Positions 20,158 through 31,089 are shown, counted from the first letter of the stretch. The stretch is DNA of 64,000 nt from Deltaproteobacteria bacterium (GCA_019912665.1 JAIOIE010000021.1:135679-199678); one strand, 5' to 3'. The notes: a model not told the origin generated them from the sequence alone. Translations and numbers: made by a program.

Positions 20158-21204
20158 TCAGGCCTCGTTTTCCCTGATGTAGATATTGAGCAATATCCCG
20201 ACGGCTATGAGGTTCACCATGAGCGCCGTTCCGCCGTAGCTTATAAACGGGAGCGGCAGCCCCTTCGGGGGCAGAAGCCCCATGACGACCCCCATGTTCA
20301 TGGCGGCCTGGAAGACTATCATGAAAGTGAGGCCCAGGGCCAGGTACTGGCCATGGAGGTCCTTTGCCTTTAGCGCAACCTTTATCCCGCAGACGAGTAT
20401 CACGACAAAAAAGGCCGCGACGCCGGCAACGCCTATGAGGCCCAGCTCTTCCCCTATGACCGAGAGTATGAAATCCGTATGCGCCTCGGGCAGGAAAAAG
20501 AGCTTCTGCCTGCCTTCGCCGAGACCCACGCCGTACAGCCCGCCGGAGCCGAAGGCGAGGAACGACTGTATCATCTGGAAGCCCTTGCCCTCAGGGTCTT
20601 TCCAGGGGTCGACGAAGATCATTATCCGGTCCATCATGTACTTGAAATTGTGCACCACGAACCAGAGGCCGAGGCCCAGGAGAGCGAGAGAGCCGAGTAT
20701 GTACCTGAGCCTTACGCCCGCCGCGAATATCATAAGAAATACAATGGAAGCGAGCGCGAGCGAGGTGCCGAGGTCCGTCTCGAACATGATGAGCCCGATT
20801 ATCACGCCGGGTATGAGCACGTTCGGGAGGAAACCCGGGGAAAAGGTCTTTATGAGGTCCTTCTTGGCCGCGAGCGAATACGCGAGGAAGAATATGACCG
20901 CAAGCTTCGCCGGCTCCGAAGGCTGGAAGGCGAGAGGGCCGAGCCTTACCCACCTCCGGGCTCCTCCGGCAGAGAAGCCTATGCCCGGTATGTAAATGAA
21001 TACCAGGAATATGGCGGCCAGTATGAGTATGGGGTAGGCCATCTTTTTATAGACGACATAGGGCACCCTGGAGGCGGCTATCATCATGACGACCCCGGCC
21101 AGGGCGTACGTCAGATGCTTCTTCACGAAGAAGTACTCGTCGCCGAACCTCTTCATCGCCACCACGTAGCTCGTGGAATAGACCATCACCACCCCGAAGA
21201 CCAC
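20158..21204 (-). CDS. ftsW: Peptidoglycan glycosyltransferase FtsW (SEDS family).
   Basis: 348 aa polytopic membrane protein with SEDS motifs (PSEPAKLAVIFFLA...FLPEAHTDFIL). The start may lie further upstream. Confidence 0.9.
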   Translation of the reverse strand: MVFGVVMVYSTSYVVAMKRFGDEYFFVKKHLTYALAGVVMMIAASRVPYVVYKKMAYPILILAAIFLVFIYIPGIGFSAGGARRWVRLGPLAFQPSEPAKLAVIFFLAYSLAAKKDLIKTFSPGFLPNVLIPGVIIGLIMFETDLGTSLALASIVFLMIFAAGVRLRYILGSLALLGLGLWFVVHNFKYMMDRIMIFVDPWKDPEGKGFQMIQSFLAFGSGGLYGVGLGEGRQKLFFLPEAHTDFILSVIGEELGLIGVAGVAAFFVVILVCGIKVALKAKDLHGQYLALGLTFMIVFQAAMNMGVVMGLLPPKGLPLPFISYGGTALMVNLIAVGILLNIYIRENEA

Positions 21205-21254
21205 GAGGAGAAGGGTCGAGATTATGAGGACCCTGTCTATGTCCTTTATCTTTA

Positions 21255-22649
21255 TCAGAGGGCCTCCACGAGCGACCTGAACCGCTCGCCCCTTTCCTTG
21301 TAGTCCCTGAACATGTCGAAGCTCGAGCAGGCAGGGGAAAGGAGTATCGTATCGCCGGGAAGGGCGTTTTTATGCGCCGTCGCAACCGCCTCCTCGAAAG
21401 ACTCCGCGAGGACCGTCCGGCTGAATCCACCGAGGGCCTTCTCTATCTTGGGCCTGGCCTCTCCGATGAGGACCATGAGCTTCACCTTTTCCTTTATGAG
21501 ATCCGCGAGTACGCCGTAGTCTCCGCCCTTGTCAACACCGCCGGCTATTAGCACCACCGGGCCCTTTAACCCCTTAAGCGCCATCATGAGCGCGCCGACG
21601 TTAGTGCCCTTGGAGTCGTCTATGTAGGTGATCCCGCCGAGTTCCCTCACGACCTCCATCCTGTGGTGGAGGCCCGTAAACGAGGAGAGCGCGGCCAGAA
21701 CAGCCTCCCTATTGGCGCCGGAAAGCCGCGCAGACGCTATGACCGCCATGACGTTCTCGATGTTATGGAGCCCTTTGAGCCTGATGCCGCTTATCGGGTA
21801 CTCCTCCCTTGAGCCGTCATGCCGGAAGACTATATAGCCGCCGTCCAGAAAGAGCCCTTCATCCAAACTGCCTTCTATGGTGAACGGCACGGCCCTTCCG
21901 CACCCGAGGAGGCCCGCCCTTCCGGTTATTGCCGGGTCGTTCGCGTTATAGACCGCGAAGTCTCCCGCGGCCTGGTTCTCGAATAGCCTGAACTTGGTCT
22001 CCGCGTAATGGCCGAAGTCCCTGTACCTGTCGAGGTGGTCGTCGGTAATATTCAACAGCGCCCCCACGCGGGGCCTGAAATGCCTCGTCGTCTCGAGCTG
22101 GAAACTGGAGACCTCAAGCACGATAAAGTCCGCGCCTCCGCCGTTCTCGACGTACTCAATCGCGGGGGTCCCTATATTTCCGCCGACGAAAGCAGAGAAG
22201 CCCGCCTTTTTCATTACTTCCCCGAGGAGGGCGGTAGCGGTCGTCTTCCCGTTGGTCCCGGCTATGGCGAGGACAGGGGCGTCCATGAACCTCCACGCGA
22301 GCTCTATCTCGCTTATGACCTCGGCCCCGTTCTCTCTTGCCCGCTCAAGGAGCGGCAGGTCCGAAGGCACCCCCGGGCTTACGACCACGAGGTCTACCCC
22401 GTCGAGGCCTACACCGTCGTGGCCCCCTGCCCTTACATTGACCCCCATTGAAAGGAGGCTATTAACCCCCTCTATCTTTCCAGCCTCTTTCGAGTCGGTC
22501 GCGATCACGCTGGCGCCGGAGCTACGGAGAAACCTGGATACCGAAATGCCGGTTCTGCCGAGCCCGACCACGACCGCGCTTTTCCCTTCGAGGAACGCCT
22601 TCGCGGCGGCAATAGAGTCTCCTTTCATAACGGCGCTCCGTATCATCAT
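21255..22649 (-). CDS. murD: UDP-N-acetylmuramoylalanine--D-glutamate ligase.
   Basis: Mur ligase ([12 protein letters not shown]...[12 protein letters not shown]...). Start placed at the ATG at 22649-22647, which forms an ATGA overlap with the mraY stop (22648-22646). The longer 21255-22733 track ORF would overlap mraY by 88 nt. Confidence 0.92.
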   Translation of the reverse strand: MMIRSAVMKGDSIAAAKAFLEGKSAVVVGLGRTGISVSRFLRSSGASVIATDSKEAGKIEGVNSLLSMGVNVRAGGHDGVGLDGVDLVVVSPGVPSDLPLLERARENGAEVISEIELAWRFMDAPVLAIAGTNGKTTATALLGEVMKKAGFSAFVGGNIGTPAIEYVENGGGADFIVLEVSSFQLETTRHFRPRVGALLNITDDHLDRYRDFGHYAETKFRLFENQAAGDFAVYNANDPAITGRAGLLGCGRAVPFTIEGSLDEGLFLDGGYIVFRHDGSREEYPISGIRLKGLHNIENVMAVIASARLSGANREAVLAALSSFTGLHHRMEVVRELGGITYIDDSKGTNVGALMMALKGLKGPVVLIAGGVDKGGDYGVLADLIKEKVKLMVLIGEARPKIEKALGGFSRTVLAESFEEAVATAHKNALPGDTILLSPACSSFDMFRDYKERGERFRSLVEAL

Positions 22650-23716
22650 CTTATCTTCAGGGTGCTTATCGCCACGAGGGCGAGTATTATGGAAATAATC
22701 CAGAACCGCACTATTATCTTGGGCTCGGCCCAACCTTTGAGCTCGAAGTGGTGGTGGATCGGCGCCATCGCGAATACCCTTTTTCCGGTGAGCTTGAAGG
22801 AAGCTACCTGGAAGATGACCGAGAGGGCCTCGACAACGAAGATGCCGCCGACGATCAAAAGCAGGAACTCGTTCTTGGTGATTATGGCTATGGTGCCGAG
22901 CGCGCCGCCGAGCGAAAGCGAGCCCACGTCCCCCATGAAGACCTGCGCCGGGTAAGAGTTGTACCAGAGGAACCCGAGCGAAGCGCCGACCATCGCCCCG
23001 GCAAAGACCGTAAGCTCTCCGGCCTTGGGCACGTACAAGACATGGAGGTAGTTTGCTATTTTCACGTGTCCCACGAGGTACGCGAAGAGCATGAAGGTGG
23101 CCGCTGATATTATCATGGGCCCTATGGCCAGGCCGTCGAGGCCGTCCGTCAGGTTCACCGCGTTCGAGGTGCCCACGATGACGAAGACCACGAACGGGAT
23201 ATAGAAGGCCTTCAGGTCAAAGGAGGCGTCCTTGAAAAAGGGTATGGACACGACCGTGTCAGCGCCGTTGTAATAGAGGAATAGCGCGGCGGCGAGCGCC
23301 ACTACGACCTGCAATGCGAACTTGGACCTCGCCCTGAGCCCGCCTTTCTTCCTCACGACCTTGTCATAGTCGTCCACGAACCCTATGGTCCCCATGCCTA
23401 GCGTTACGAAAAGGAGCAGCCATACGTATTCGTTCATCATGTTGCCCCAGAGGAGCACGGATATTATGACGACGAGCAGTATGAGGGCGCCGCCCATGGT
23501 CGGGGTGCCGGCCTTGCTCTGGTGGTTCGAGGGCCCGCAGTCCCGTATGACCTCGCCGACCTTCAGGGACTTAAGCTTCCTTATGACGTACGGGCCTATG
23601 ATGAAGCTCAGGACGAGCGCGGTTATGGCCGCGTAGATGGTCCTGAAGGTGATGTACTGGAATACGTTGAATATCGTATGGTACTTGGCCAGCGGGTATA
23701 GGAAATAATAGAGCAT
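22646..23716 (-). CDS. mraY: Phospho-N-acetylmuramoyl-pentapeptide transferase.
   Basis: 356 aa ([13 protein letters not shown]...[13 protein letters not shown]...[15 protein letters not shown]), GT4 MraY signature. Confidence 0.95.
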   Translation of the reverse strand: MLYYFLYPLAKYHTIFNVFQYITFRTIYAAITALVLSFIIGPYVIRKLKSLKVGEVIRDCGPSNHQSKAGTPTMGGALILLVVIISVLLWGNMMNEYVWLLLFVTLGMGTIGFVDDYDKVVRKKGGLRARSKFALQVVVALAAALFLYYNGADTVVSIPFFKDASFDLKAFYIPFVVFVIVGTSNAVNLTDGLDGLAIGPMIISAATFMLFAYLVGHVKIANYLHVLYVPKAGELTVFAGAMVGASLGFLWYNSYPAQVFMGDVGSLSLGGALGTIAIITKNEFLLLIVGGIFVVEALSVIFQVASFKLTGKRVFAMAPIHHHFELKGWAEPKIIVRFWIISIILALVAISTLKIR

Positions 23717-23827
23717 CTCTTCCTGTTTCTCTTTCTTTTATGATACTGAAAAAGTCCCTCCTTGGACTTTTTCAGCCACGACTTGCCCGAAGTGAATTCG
23801 CGCAAGCCTTTCGAAACCTGCAGGTCT

Positions 23828-25222
23828 TCAGCCGCAGGCCCTTCTGGTATCCATGCGCTTCAGGAATTCGACCACTTCCTCGAGCGCAACACCCCTTGAG
23901 CCCTTTACGAGGACCGTGTCGCCGTCCGATACGACGGCCCGGAGGGCTTTTAAGGCCTCTTCCTTTGAGGCGAACCCGAATGAGTTCTCGATCCCGGCTG
24001 CTCGCGCCGCCTCCGCCGTGCTCCTTGAGAACTCCCCTATGGCCACAAGTGAATCCACTCCTAGCCCGGCAGCGAGCGCGCCTATTGACGCGTGCTCTCT
24101 CTCGCTCGCGTTCCCGAGCTCGAGCATATCGCCGAGCACGGCGACTTTCCTGCCCCGCGCATCCGCGAGGGTCTTCAATGCCGCTGCCATCGATTCGGGG
24201 TTGGCATTGTAGGTGTCATCAAGCACGATTACATCTCCGGCCCTCACTACCACCATCCTCCCTTTTACGGCAAGGGGGGCCGAGAGCCCGGCTGCCATGT
24301 CTTCGAAAGGCGCCCCGAGCGCAAGAGCCGCGGCAACGGCGGCAGCGCCGTTCATGACGTTCGTAAAGCCGGGTGAGGCGAACCTGGCTTCCAACTTTTT
24401 CCCGCGGACTTCATAGACGGCAGAGGGCCCGGAGAACGGGCCTTCGGAATCCCAGCTTTCGACCTTTACGTCGGCCTTGCCCGACATTGAATAGGTGACG
24501 GTCTCGCCGGGGCCTTTTGAGGCCTTGACAACCCTCGGGTCGTCGATGTTCACAATTTTCACACCGTGCTGCGGAAGGAGCTCGAAAAGCCGTCCCTTCT
24601 CCCTTGCAACGCCTTCGATCGAGCCGAGGCTCTGGAGATGGCTCCTTCCGATATTCGTTATGAGCGCGACGTCGGGCCTGCAAATATTCGCGAGGCGCTC
24701 CATCTCGCCCTCTTCGCTTATGCCAAGCTCGAGGACAGCCGCCTCATGCGAGGGGTCGAGCCCCAGGAGCGTAAGCGGAAGGCCGATGAGGTTATTCCTG
24801 TTCCCCTCGGTCTTCAGTACCTTCCTCGATACCGAAAGTATCGATGCTATCATCTCCTTGGTAGTCGTCTTCCCGGCGCTCCCGGTGACTGCCACGACCG
24901 GGATGCGGTAGATGCTCCTCAAGTGGGCCGCAAGGGAACCTAGCGCCTTTAGCGTGTCGTCTGTTTTTATAACCGCGGCCTCAGCGGGAAGCTCCCTGAG
25001 CCCGTCGTCTTTTTCGACCACTGCAATGGACGCGCCTTTGGCAAAGATCTCCTTAAGGAAGGCGTGCCCGTCGAACCTCGGCCCCTTCAGCGCGAAGAAG
25101 GCCTCGCCCGGCCTGATATTTCGCGAATCGGTCGATACTCCGCCTGCAAGTGTTTCAAGGCTTCCCTTTATGACAGCCCCTTTGATAACAGAGGCCAGCT
25201 CCTTTGCCCTTAAAGGCCTCAT
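23828..25222 (-). CDS. murF: UDP-N-acetylmuramoyl-tripeptide--D-alanyl-D-alanine ligase.
   Basis: 464 aa Mur ligase (VVAVTGSAGKTTTKEM). 4-nt overlap with murE. Confidence 0.9.
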   Translation of the reverse strand: MRPLRAKELASVIKGAVIKGSLETLAGGVSTDSRNIRPGEAFFALKGPRFDGHAFLKEIFAKGASIAVVEKDDGLRELPAEAAVIKTDDTLKALGSLAAHLRSIYRIPVVAVTGSAGKTTTKEMIASILSVSRKVLKTEGNRNNLIGLPLTLLGLDPSHEAAVLELGISEEGEMERLANICRPDVALITNIGRSHLQSLGSIEGVAREKGRLFELLPQHGVKIVNIDDPRVVKASKGPGETVTYSMSGKADVKVESWDSEGPFSGPSAVYEVRGKKLEARFASPGFTNVMNGAAAVAAALALGAPFEDMAAGLSAPLAVKGRMVVVRAGDVIVLDDTYNANPESMAAALKTLADARGRKVAVLGDMLELGNASEREHASIGALAAGLGVDSLVAIGEFSRSTAEAARAAGIENSFGFASKEEALKALRAVVSDGDTVLVKGSRGVALEEVVEFLKRMDTRRACG

Positions 25223-26748
25223 AGGGCCTGCCTCGCAGCCATGCCGCCGGGGTGGATAAGGGAGCGAAGCTCCTCGTAGTCGTCAAAATGGTGCTTTACG
25301 CCCTTTATTATCTGGTAGTCCTCGTGCCCCTTGCCCGCGGCGAGTATGGTATCGCCCTTGCCCGCGATGCTCACCGCCTTCCGGAGCGCCTCCCTCCTCT
25401 CGGGGATCACCATATAGCCCTTTCCGGAGGGCCTCTCCCCTGGGGCGAACTTCCTTGTGCCCCTCATGCCCGCTTCTATCTCGCTGATTATCTCCAGCGG
25501 GTCCTCGTCCCTCGGGTTGTCGGACGTGACTATGACTATGTCCGAATGCCTGGCCGCGGCTTCGCCCATCCTGGACCTCTTTTTTCTATCGCGGTTTCCG
25601 CCGCAGCCGAATACGGTTATGAGCCTGCCGCTCGTTACGGGCCTCAATGCAAGAAGCGCCCGCTCGAGCGCGTCCTCGGTATGCGCGTAATCGACGTAGG
25701 CCCTGAATGCGTCCTCGCCGCCTGATACGAGCTTCTCAAGCCGTCCGGGCACGCGTTCGAGCCTGCCTATGCCCCTGGCCGCGATCCTAGGCTCTATGCC
25801 CATCGATACGGCAACCGCCATTGCGGAGAGTATGTTCTGCAGGTTGTATTCACCGACCAGGTGCGCATCTATCGCGGCCTCGCCCGCGGGGGTCGATATG
25901 ACCGCCTCGGTCCGACCTTCGAGGAGGGAGTAGCTCTTTGGGTGGACCGATGCGCCACCGTCCCTCAGGCTAAAGGTGATTGCGCCCGGGTTGGCCTCCT
26001 TGAGTCTTCTCCCCCAGGGGTCGTCGATGTTTATGACTTGTATTCCGCCGGATGAGCGGAGCATGTCGAAGAGGATGGACTTGCACCTGAAGTACTCGTC
26101 CATCGTCTTGTGGTAGTCAAGGTGGTCGTGCGTGAGATTTGTGAAGGCCCCGGCCCTGAACCTCAGGTGCGCGGCCCGCTTCTGCTCGAGCGCGTGGGAA
26201 GAGACCTCCATGACGCAGTGCGTAACATTCGCGTCCGCCATCTCCCGGAGCATCCTATGGAGGTCCGGGGCCTGCGGGGTGGTGTGGGGGGCGCTGAAGA
26301 CCTCCCCGTTATAGCGGTAGTTTACGGTGCCTATGACGCCGGGTCTCATCCCGGCCTCAAGGAGTATCGATTCGATCAGATAAGTGGTGGTCGTCTTCCC
26401 GTTCGTGCCAGTAACCCCTATTACGGCTACTTCCCTTGACGGCTCGCCGTAGAAGATGTCAGAGGCCCTTGAGATGGCCTCCCTTACGTCCGGCACTATG
26501 AGCTGGGTCGCGGATATGGAAGGGGTCTCCCTCTCGGCAAGGACGGCGAGAGCGCCGGATGAAACGGCCTGGGGTATGAAGGAGTGGCCGTCAACGTGCT
26601 CGCCGGGAATGGCGGCGAAGAGGACCCCTTCGCCCGGACGGCTGCTTCTTACGATATTTCGCGAATCAGAGGAGATGCCGGTAATCTCTATATCGACCCT
26701 TCCAAGGACCTTGCAGCCCAGGGACGGCGTTATCTGGCCAAGTTTCAT
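25219..26748 (-). CDS. murE: UDP-N-acetylmuramoyl-L-alanyl-D-glutamate--2,6-diaminopimelate ligase.
   Basis: 509 aa Mur ligase (VIGVTGTNGKTTTTYL...DNPRDEDP). Confidence 0.93.
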   Translation of the reverse strand: MKLGQITPSLGCKVLGRVDIEITGISSDSRNIVRSSRPGEGVLFAAIPGEHVDGHSFIPQAVSSGALAVLAERETPSISATQLIVPDVREAISRASDIFYGEPSREVAVIGVTGTNGKTTTTYLIESILLEAGMRPGVIGTVNYRYNGEVFSAPHTTPQAPDLHRMLREMADANVTHCVMEVSSHALEQKRAAHLRFRAGAFTNLTHDHLDYHKTMDEYFRCKSILFDMLRSSGGIQVINIDDPWGRRLKEANPGAITFSLRDGGASVHPKSYSLLEGRTEAVISTPAGEAAIDAHLVGEYNLQNILSAMAVAVSMGIEPRIAARGIGRLERVPGRLEKLVSGGEDAFRAYVDYAHTEDALERALLALRPVTSGRLITVFGCGGNRDRKKRSRMGEAAARHSDIVIVTSDNPRDEDPLEIISEIEAGMRGTRKFAPGERPSGKGYMVIPERREALRKAVSIAGKGDTILAAGKGHEDYQIIKGVKHHFDDYEELRSLIHPGGMAARQAL

Positions 26749-26865
26749 GCTGCCTCTTAAAGCTTAAGGAAACCGGCGACTTACGTTCCCGAAAGCCGGG
26801 ACCCGGGCGCCTGCTTCAACTCGGTATTGTCTCACAAGAGGGGCTTTCTTTTCAAACCCTTCTTT

Positions 26866-28830
26866 TTACCTGAAATCCACTATCACCGGCCCTTTGGACG
26901 GTATGGACGAGCCGGGCGGAGGCATCTGGCTTACGGCCCTGCCGCTACCCCTGACCTCGACATCAAAGGACCTCTCCCTTGACATCCTCATCACCATTCT
27001 CACGGACTTCCCCTTGAAGTCCGGGACGGCCATGGGCCGTATCTCGGAAGGCTCCTCGGCGGTTTCGTCAACTGGCGCCGCGTCCTCATGCATGAGGGCC
27101 CTTTCGACCCTCATCGCGCCAGGCTCTTCCCTGAAAACCCCAAGGTACGCCAATGACTCCTCGGCTATTTCCCTGAATACAGGGCCGGCCACCAGCCCGC
27201 CGTAATACTCGCCCTGAGGCTCGTCTACGGTCACAAGTATCGCAAGCCTCGGATCGTCCGCCGGCACAAAGCCCATGAAAGAGGCTATGTATGCCCCTCT
27301 CGCATAACCGCCCTTTTTGAAGTCGGGCTTCTGCGCTGTCCCGGTCTTCCCGGCAACATCAAAATCCGGAAGCGCCGCAAGCGCTCCCGTGCTTTTTTCC
27401 TTGGTGGCCTCCACCATCATCTTCGTAAGCTTTCTGGCCGTATCCTCCGAGATGATCCTTTTTACGACAACCGGATGGGTCTCGGCGACCGGCCTGCCGC
27501 CGGGCTCCTTGACGGATTTCACCACGTAAGGCTGCATGAGGAAGCCGCCGTTCGCTATGGAAGAAAGCGCCGTGATCATCTGTAGCCCCGTTACCGACAC
27601 CCCCTGGCCGAAGGATATGGTATGGAGAGAGACCTTCGACCAGTTCTTCGGGTGCCTGAGGACCCCTGCGGCCTCGCCCGGCAGGTCTATGCCGTTCCTT
27701 GAGCCGAAGCCGAACGCCTTAAGATACCTGTAAATCTGCTCCCTGCCGAGCTCCTCTCCTATCTTGGCCGTCCCTATGTTGCTCGAAAACTTGAGTATCT
27801 CGGTGACGGTAAGCCAGCCGTGCTCTTTAGTATCGTGGAAGACCCTGTCTGCCACCTTGTACTTGCCGTTCTCGCAGTAGAAACGGCTTTCCGGCTTTAC
27901 AATGTTCTCCTCAAGGGCGGCGGCAATGAGAAAGAGCTTGAATGTGGAACCCGGCTCGAAAGCGTCGGCTATGGCCCTGTTCCTCCAGCTTCCCGAGCCG
28001 TAGCGCCGTATGTCGTTCGGGTCAAAGGAGGGCTGGGTAGCCATCGCGAGTATCTCGCCCGTCATGGGGTCCATGACCACGGCCGTCCCGCCCTTTGCGT
28101 TATACGAGTCAACGGCCTTCTTGAGCGACTTCTCGGCTATGTACTGGATCGACTTGTCGATCGTAAGCTCGACTTCCATGCCCTGGAGCGGCACGGTCTT
28201 GTCGAGGTCCTCGTAAAGGAGGCCCCTGCCCATCGCGTCCCTCTCCCCGGTGAGCCTTGCCGAGGAGCCTTTGAGCATCGCGTCATAGTACTTCTCGACG
28301 CCTTCAAGGCCGCTTGCGTCCAGGCCGGTGAAGCCTATGAGGTTGGAGGCGAGCTGCCTGTTCGGGTAAAACCTCCTGCCCTCCTTTATAATCCCTATGC
28401 CTTCGAGGCCGCGTATCATGTCGCGGTCCTTGCCCTTCAAGTCAACCTGGCGCTTGAGCCACACGAACCTCCCCTCCCCCGAGAGCTTTTTTTCGAGCTC
28501 GAAGGAGGATACCCCGATTACCGGAGCGAGCGCCCTGGCCGTCGCCCTGGGGGATTCTATCTTGTCGGGCTGGGCGAATATCGAGTCCACCTCTATGCTC
28601 ACGGCCAGCTCTTTAAGGTTCCTGTCGTATATGTCCCCCCTCTTGGACTGGAGGTTCAGGGTCTTCCTGTGCTGCCTGTCGGCCATCTTCTTAAGCTCCG
28701 GCCCCTTCACGATCTGGAGCTGGACGGCCCTGAAGATTATCATGCCGAAGGCCGCGAGGAAGAGGCCCAGGATGACAGTCAGCCTGAGCTTGAGATACGC
28801 ATCTGCTTTGGCCTGCTTCTTCCTCCTCAT
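26866..28830 (-). CDS. ftsI: Peptidoglycan D,D-transpeptidase FtsI (class B PBP).
   Basis: 654 aa with an N-terminal TM, a dimerisation domain and a transpeptidase domain carrying STFK (GSTFKLF), SxN and KTG(T) motifs. Confidence 0.9.
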   Translation of the reverse strand: MRRKKQAKADAYLKLRLTVILGLFLAAFGMIIFRAVQLQIVKGPELKKMADRQHRKTLNLQSKRGDIYDRNLKELAVSIEVDSIFAQPDKIESPRATARALAPVIGVSSFELEKKLSGEGRFVWLKRQVDLKGKDRDMIRGLEGIGIIKEGRRFYPNRQLASNLIGFTGLDASGLEGVEKYYDAMLKGSSARLTGERDAMGRGLLYEDLDKTVPLQGMEVELTIDKSIQYIAEKSLKKAVDSYNAKGGTAVVMDPMTGEILAMATQPSFDPNDIRRYGSGSWRNRAIADAFEPGSTFKLFLIAAALEENIVKPESRFYCENGKYKVADRVFHDTKEHGWLTVTEILKFSSNIGTAKIGEELGREQIYRYLKAFGFGSRNGIDLPGEAAGVLRHPKNWSKVSLHTISFGQGVSVTGLQMITALSSIANGGFLMQPYVVKSVKEPGGRPVAETHPVVVKRIISEDTARKLTKMMVEATKEKSTGALAALPDFDVAGKTGTAQKPDFKKGGYARGAYIASFMGFVPADDPRLAILVTVDEPQGEYYGGLVAGPVFREIAEESLAYLGVFREEPGAMRVERALMHEDAAPVDETAEEPSEIRPMAVPDFKGKSVRMVMRMSRERSFDVEVRGSGRAVSQMPPPGSSIPSKGPVIVDFR

Positions 28831-29171
28831 CTGAGGACGATTATCTGCCCGCTCTTGGGATTTTCGAAGCCCATCTCCGCCGCGATGCCCTCTATCCTCT
28901 CCGGAGACTTAAGGCGCACGTATTCGAGCTTGAGCCTCTTATTCTGCTCTATGAGGGCCGCCCTGGTGCTGTTTGCCTTCGATATCCCGTAGCCGGCGTT
29001 CACCACCATGAGCCTGCTCCAGACGAAGCCGAATATGATAAGCATGGCGGCGAGCGAGGCGGCCACGGCGAAGTATATGAAGTTCAAATCCCTCGGGTCC
29101 CTTTTGGCCTTTACGTCCTGCCCGAGGAGCACCCCGGGGAACTCGAGCTTTTTGCTTACCACCTCAGCCAT
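28827..29171 (-). CDS. ftsL: Cell division protein FtsL.
   Basis: 114 aa with a single TM followed by a coiled-coil (LIEQNKRLKLEYVRL). Located between rsmH and ftsI with a 4-nt overlap. Confidence 0.75.
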   Translation of the reverse strand: MAEVVSKKLEFPGVLLGQDVKAKRDPRDLNFIYFAVAASLAAMLIIFGFVWSRLMVVNAGYGISKANSTRAALIEQNKRLKLEYVRLKSPERIEGIAAEMGFENPKSGQIIVLR

Positions 29172-29249
29172 GATTGCCTCCTTCTGCCTTTTGCGCCTTG
29201 TATCCTGTCATCATCCGGCCCCCGGCCGGAGGTCGGATTAAAAACAATA

Positions 29250-30185
29250 TCAGAGCTTCTCGATTGCACGGAGCTTTGCGCTCCTTGCCCTCGGGTTCCT
29301 CCCGACCTCTTCCTCCGAGGGCGCGACCGCCTTTTTCGATACGAGCCTTGCCTGCGGCGTCTTTTTACATACGCAGACCGGGAACTTCGGGGGACATATG
29401 CAGCCGGTCGCGGCCTTTCTGAACGCGTCCTTAACGATCCTGTCCTCGAGCGAGTGGAAGGATATGACGACCATCCTGCCGCCGGGCTTAAGCGACTCTA
29501 TACCGGCCGCGAGGCCCTCGCCTAAACTTCCGAGCTCGTCGTTCACTGCTATCCTCAGGGCCTGGAAAACGCGCGTGGCCGGGTGTATTCTCCCGCCCCT
29601 CAACTTCGCCGGGACCGCCTCGACGACTATGCGCTGGAGCTCGCCGGTCGTCTCTATCGGCCTCGCGGCCCTCGCCTTCACGATGGCCCTGGCTATCCTC
29701 CTTGAGTGCGCCTCTTCGCCATATTCCCTGAAGATGCGGAAAAGCTCGCTTTCGTCGAGCGTATTGACAAGGTCGCGGGCCGTAAGCCCGGAGGACCTGT
29801 CCATCCTCATATCGAGCCTCGAGTCGAAGCGGAAGCTAAAGCCCCGCTCCGGACTTTCGAGCTGGTATGACGAGACCCCCAAGTCCAGGAGCATGCCGTC
29901 AACCGGACCCTCGTCGAGACGGTCGAGGACCGCGCTTACGTTCCTGAAGTTTTCCTTTACGAGGACGAACCTTCCGGCAAAGGGCGCGAGCGCCTTCCGG
30001 GCCGCTGCCAGCGCATCCGAATCCCTGTCCAGGCCTATCAGCCTGTTCTCCGGGTTCGCCCTGAGTATCTCGGAGGCGTGCCCGCCGCCGCCAACCGTAC
30101 CGTCCACATAGGCCCCCGCCCGGACGCAGCCGAGAAAATCCACGACCTCGGCCGGCATCACTGGAAGGTGCGCGAACTCCGCCAT
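29250..30185 (-). CDS. rsmH: 16S rRNA (cytosine1402-N4)-methyltransferase.
   Basis: 311 aa (HLPVMPAEVVDFL...YVDGTVGGGGHA...LLDLGVSSYQLE), MraW/RsmH family. Confidence 0.93.
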   Translation of the reverse strand: MAEFAHLPVMPAEVVDFLGCVRAGAYVDGTVGGGGHASEILRANPENRLIGLDRDSDALAAARKALAPFAGRFVLVKENFRNVSAVLDRLDEGPVDGMLLDLGVSSYQLESPERGFSFRFDSRLDMRMDRSSGLTARDLVNTLDESELFRIFREYGEEAHSRRIARAIVKARAARPIETTGELQRIVVEAVPAKLRGGRIHPATRVFQALRIAVNDELGSLGEGLAAGIESLKPGGRMVVISFHSLEDRIVKDAFRKAATGCICPPKFPVCVCKKTPQARLVSKKAVAPSEEEVGRNPRARSAKLRAIEKL

Positions 30186-30188
30186 TTC

Positions 30189-30623
30189 CTAGAGCCCCAG
30201 CCGCTCGAGGGTGTTCACAATCTCATCATCCGAAGCGGCTGCCGCAGCCTGCTCCCACAGGGGCTTGCTCCATATCTCCATATGCCTGAACGCGCCGATA
30301 AGGACGACCTCTTTTTCGAGCTTCGCATAGTCCCTGAGCGTCTGCGGGATGAGGATCCTCCCGAGCTTGTCTATCGCGCAGTCAGCCGCGCTGGAATAGA
30401 AAAAACGGAGGAACGCCTTCGTGTCCTTCTTGAACTCCGGAAGGGCGGATATCTTCTCTTCGAGTTTCTGCCATTCGGCAAGGGGGTAGGCTATGAGGCA
30501 GCCGTCGTAATTGGTCACGACGAGGCGGGAATCGTATCTCTCGTTCAGCGTCTCCCTGAACCTCGAGGGTATGCTGATCCTGCCCTTGGAATCGATTAGG
30601 TGCTCGTACCTGCCCTTGAACAT
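30189..30623 (-). CDS. mraZ: Transcriptional regulator MraZ.
   Basis: 144 aa, MFKGRYEHLIDSKGRISIPSRFR, with duplicated SpoVT/AbrB-like halves. First gene of the dcw cluster. Confidence 0.93.
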   Translation of the reverse strand: MFKGRYEHLIDSKGRISIPSRFRETLNERYDSRLVVTNYDGCLIAYPLAEWQKLEEKISALPEFKKDTKAFLRFFYSSAADCAIDKLGRILIPQTLRDYAKLEKEVVLIGAFRHMEIWSKPLWEQAAAAASDDEIVNTLERLGL

Positions 30624-30694
30624 CGCTTATCTTCCCCGGTCTGCATGGAATCAGCAGGTTTAGGAATGCATTTCATTCCACTTGGGGGCCTCTT

Positions 30695-30721
30695 ATACCA
30701 CTTAATACCACTTTATACCAC
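30695..30721 (-). promoter_or_regulatory. Putative MraZ operator: three direct GTGGT repeats at 10-bp phasing upstream of mraZ.
   Basis: On the minus strand the sequence is GTGGTATAAA GTGGTATTAA GTGGTATAAG (plus strand ATACCAC x3 at 30695, 30705, 30715), 70-100 bp upstream of the mraZ ATG. MraZ is known to bind three phased GTGG[G/T] repeats in Pmra. Confidence 0.6.
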
Positions 30722-31089
30722 ACGCTGGTCAACTATATTCCTGATGAAATTCTTTGTCAAGGGAAATCTAAGAAGGTAAGGCTTCAGAAATTCTCGGGAA
30801 ATCAGCCGCATTCAACTTATAGTAGAAGGGATCTCAAGGGATACTATTAGTGGGGTCTCAACTCGGGTGAGCGGCAAAAATCCTTCGAAAATTCAATCCA
30901 AAGGAGGTGTTGAGGCCGTAAGTGGGATTACCGTGCGGTTTCTATTATTTTCGAGTTTGTTCAGGGGGAGCGCAATCAGGAACTGACAGGCGCATTGTTT
31001 TTGAAAAGTCTCTATTTTTAGCTCATCTCTTTTCGAGATGCATTCTGCCGAGCGCCCGAAATAGGGAAGGCGAACCGGCTCATATCGGC

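Noticed and set aside
27820-28992. 390-aa plus-strand ORF.
   Set aside because: It is antisense to ftsI/ftsL with no domain-like motifs. The sense-strand genes are unambiguous.
30624-31089. Looked for a CRISPR array, an additional tRNA or an sRNA in the 466-bp dcw upstream region.
   Set aside because: Only the three MraZ-box repeats are regularly spaced. There are no longer direct repeats with unique spacers and no cloverleaf-compatible sequence. No CRISPR array or rRNA was found anywhere in the window.
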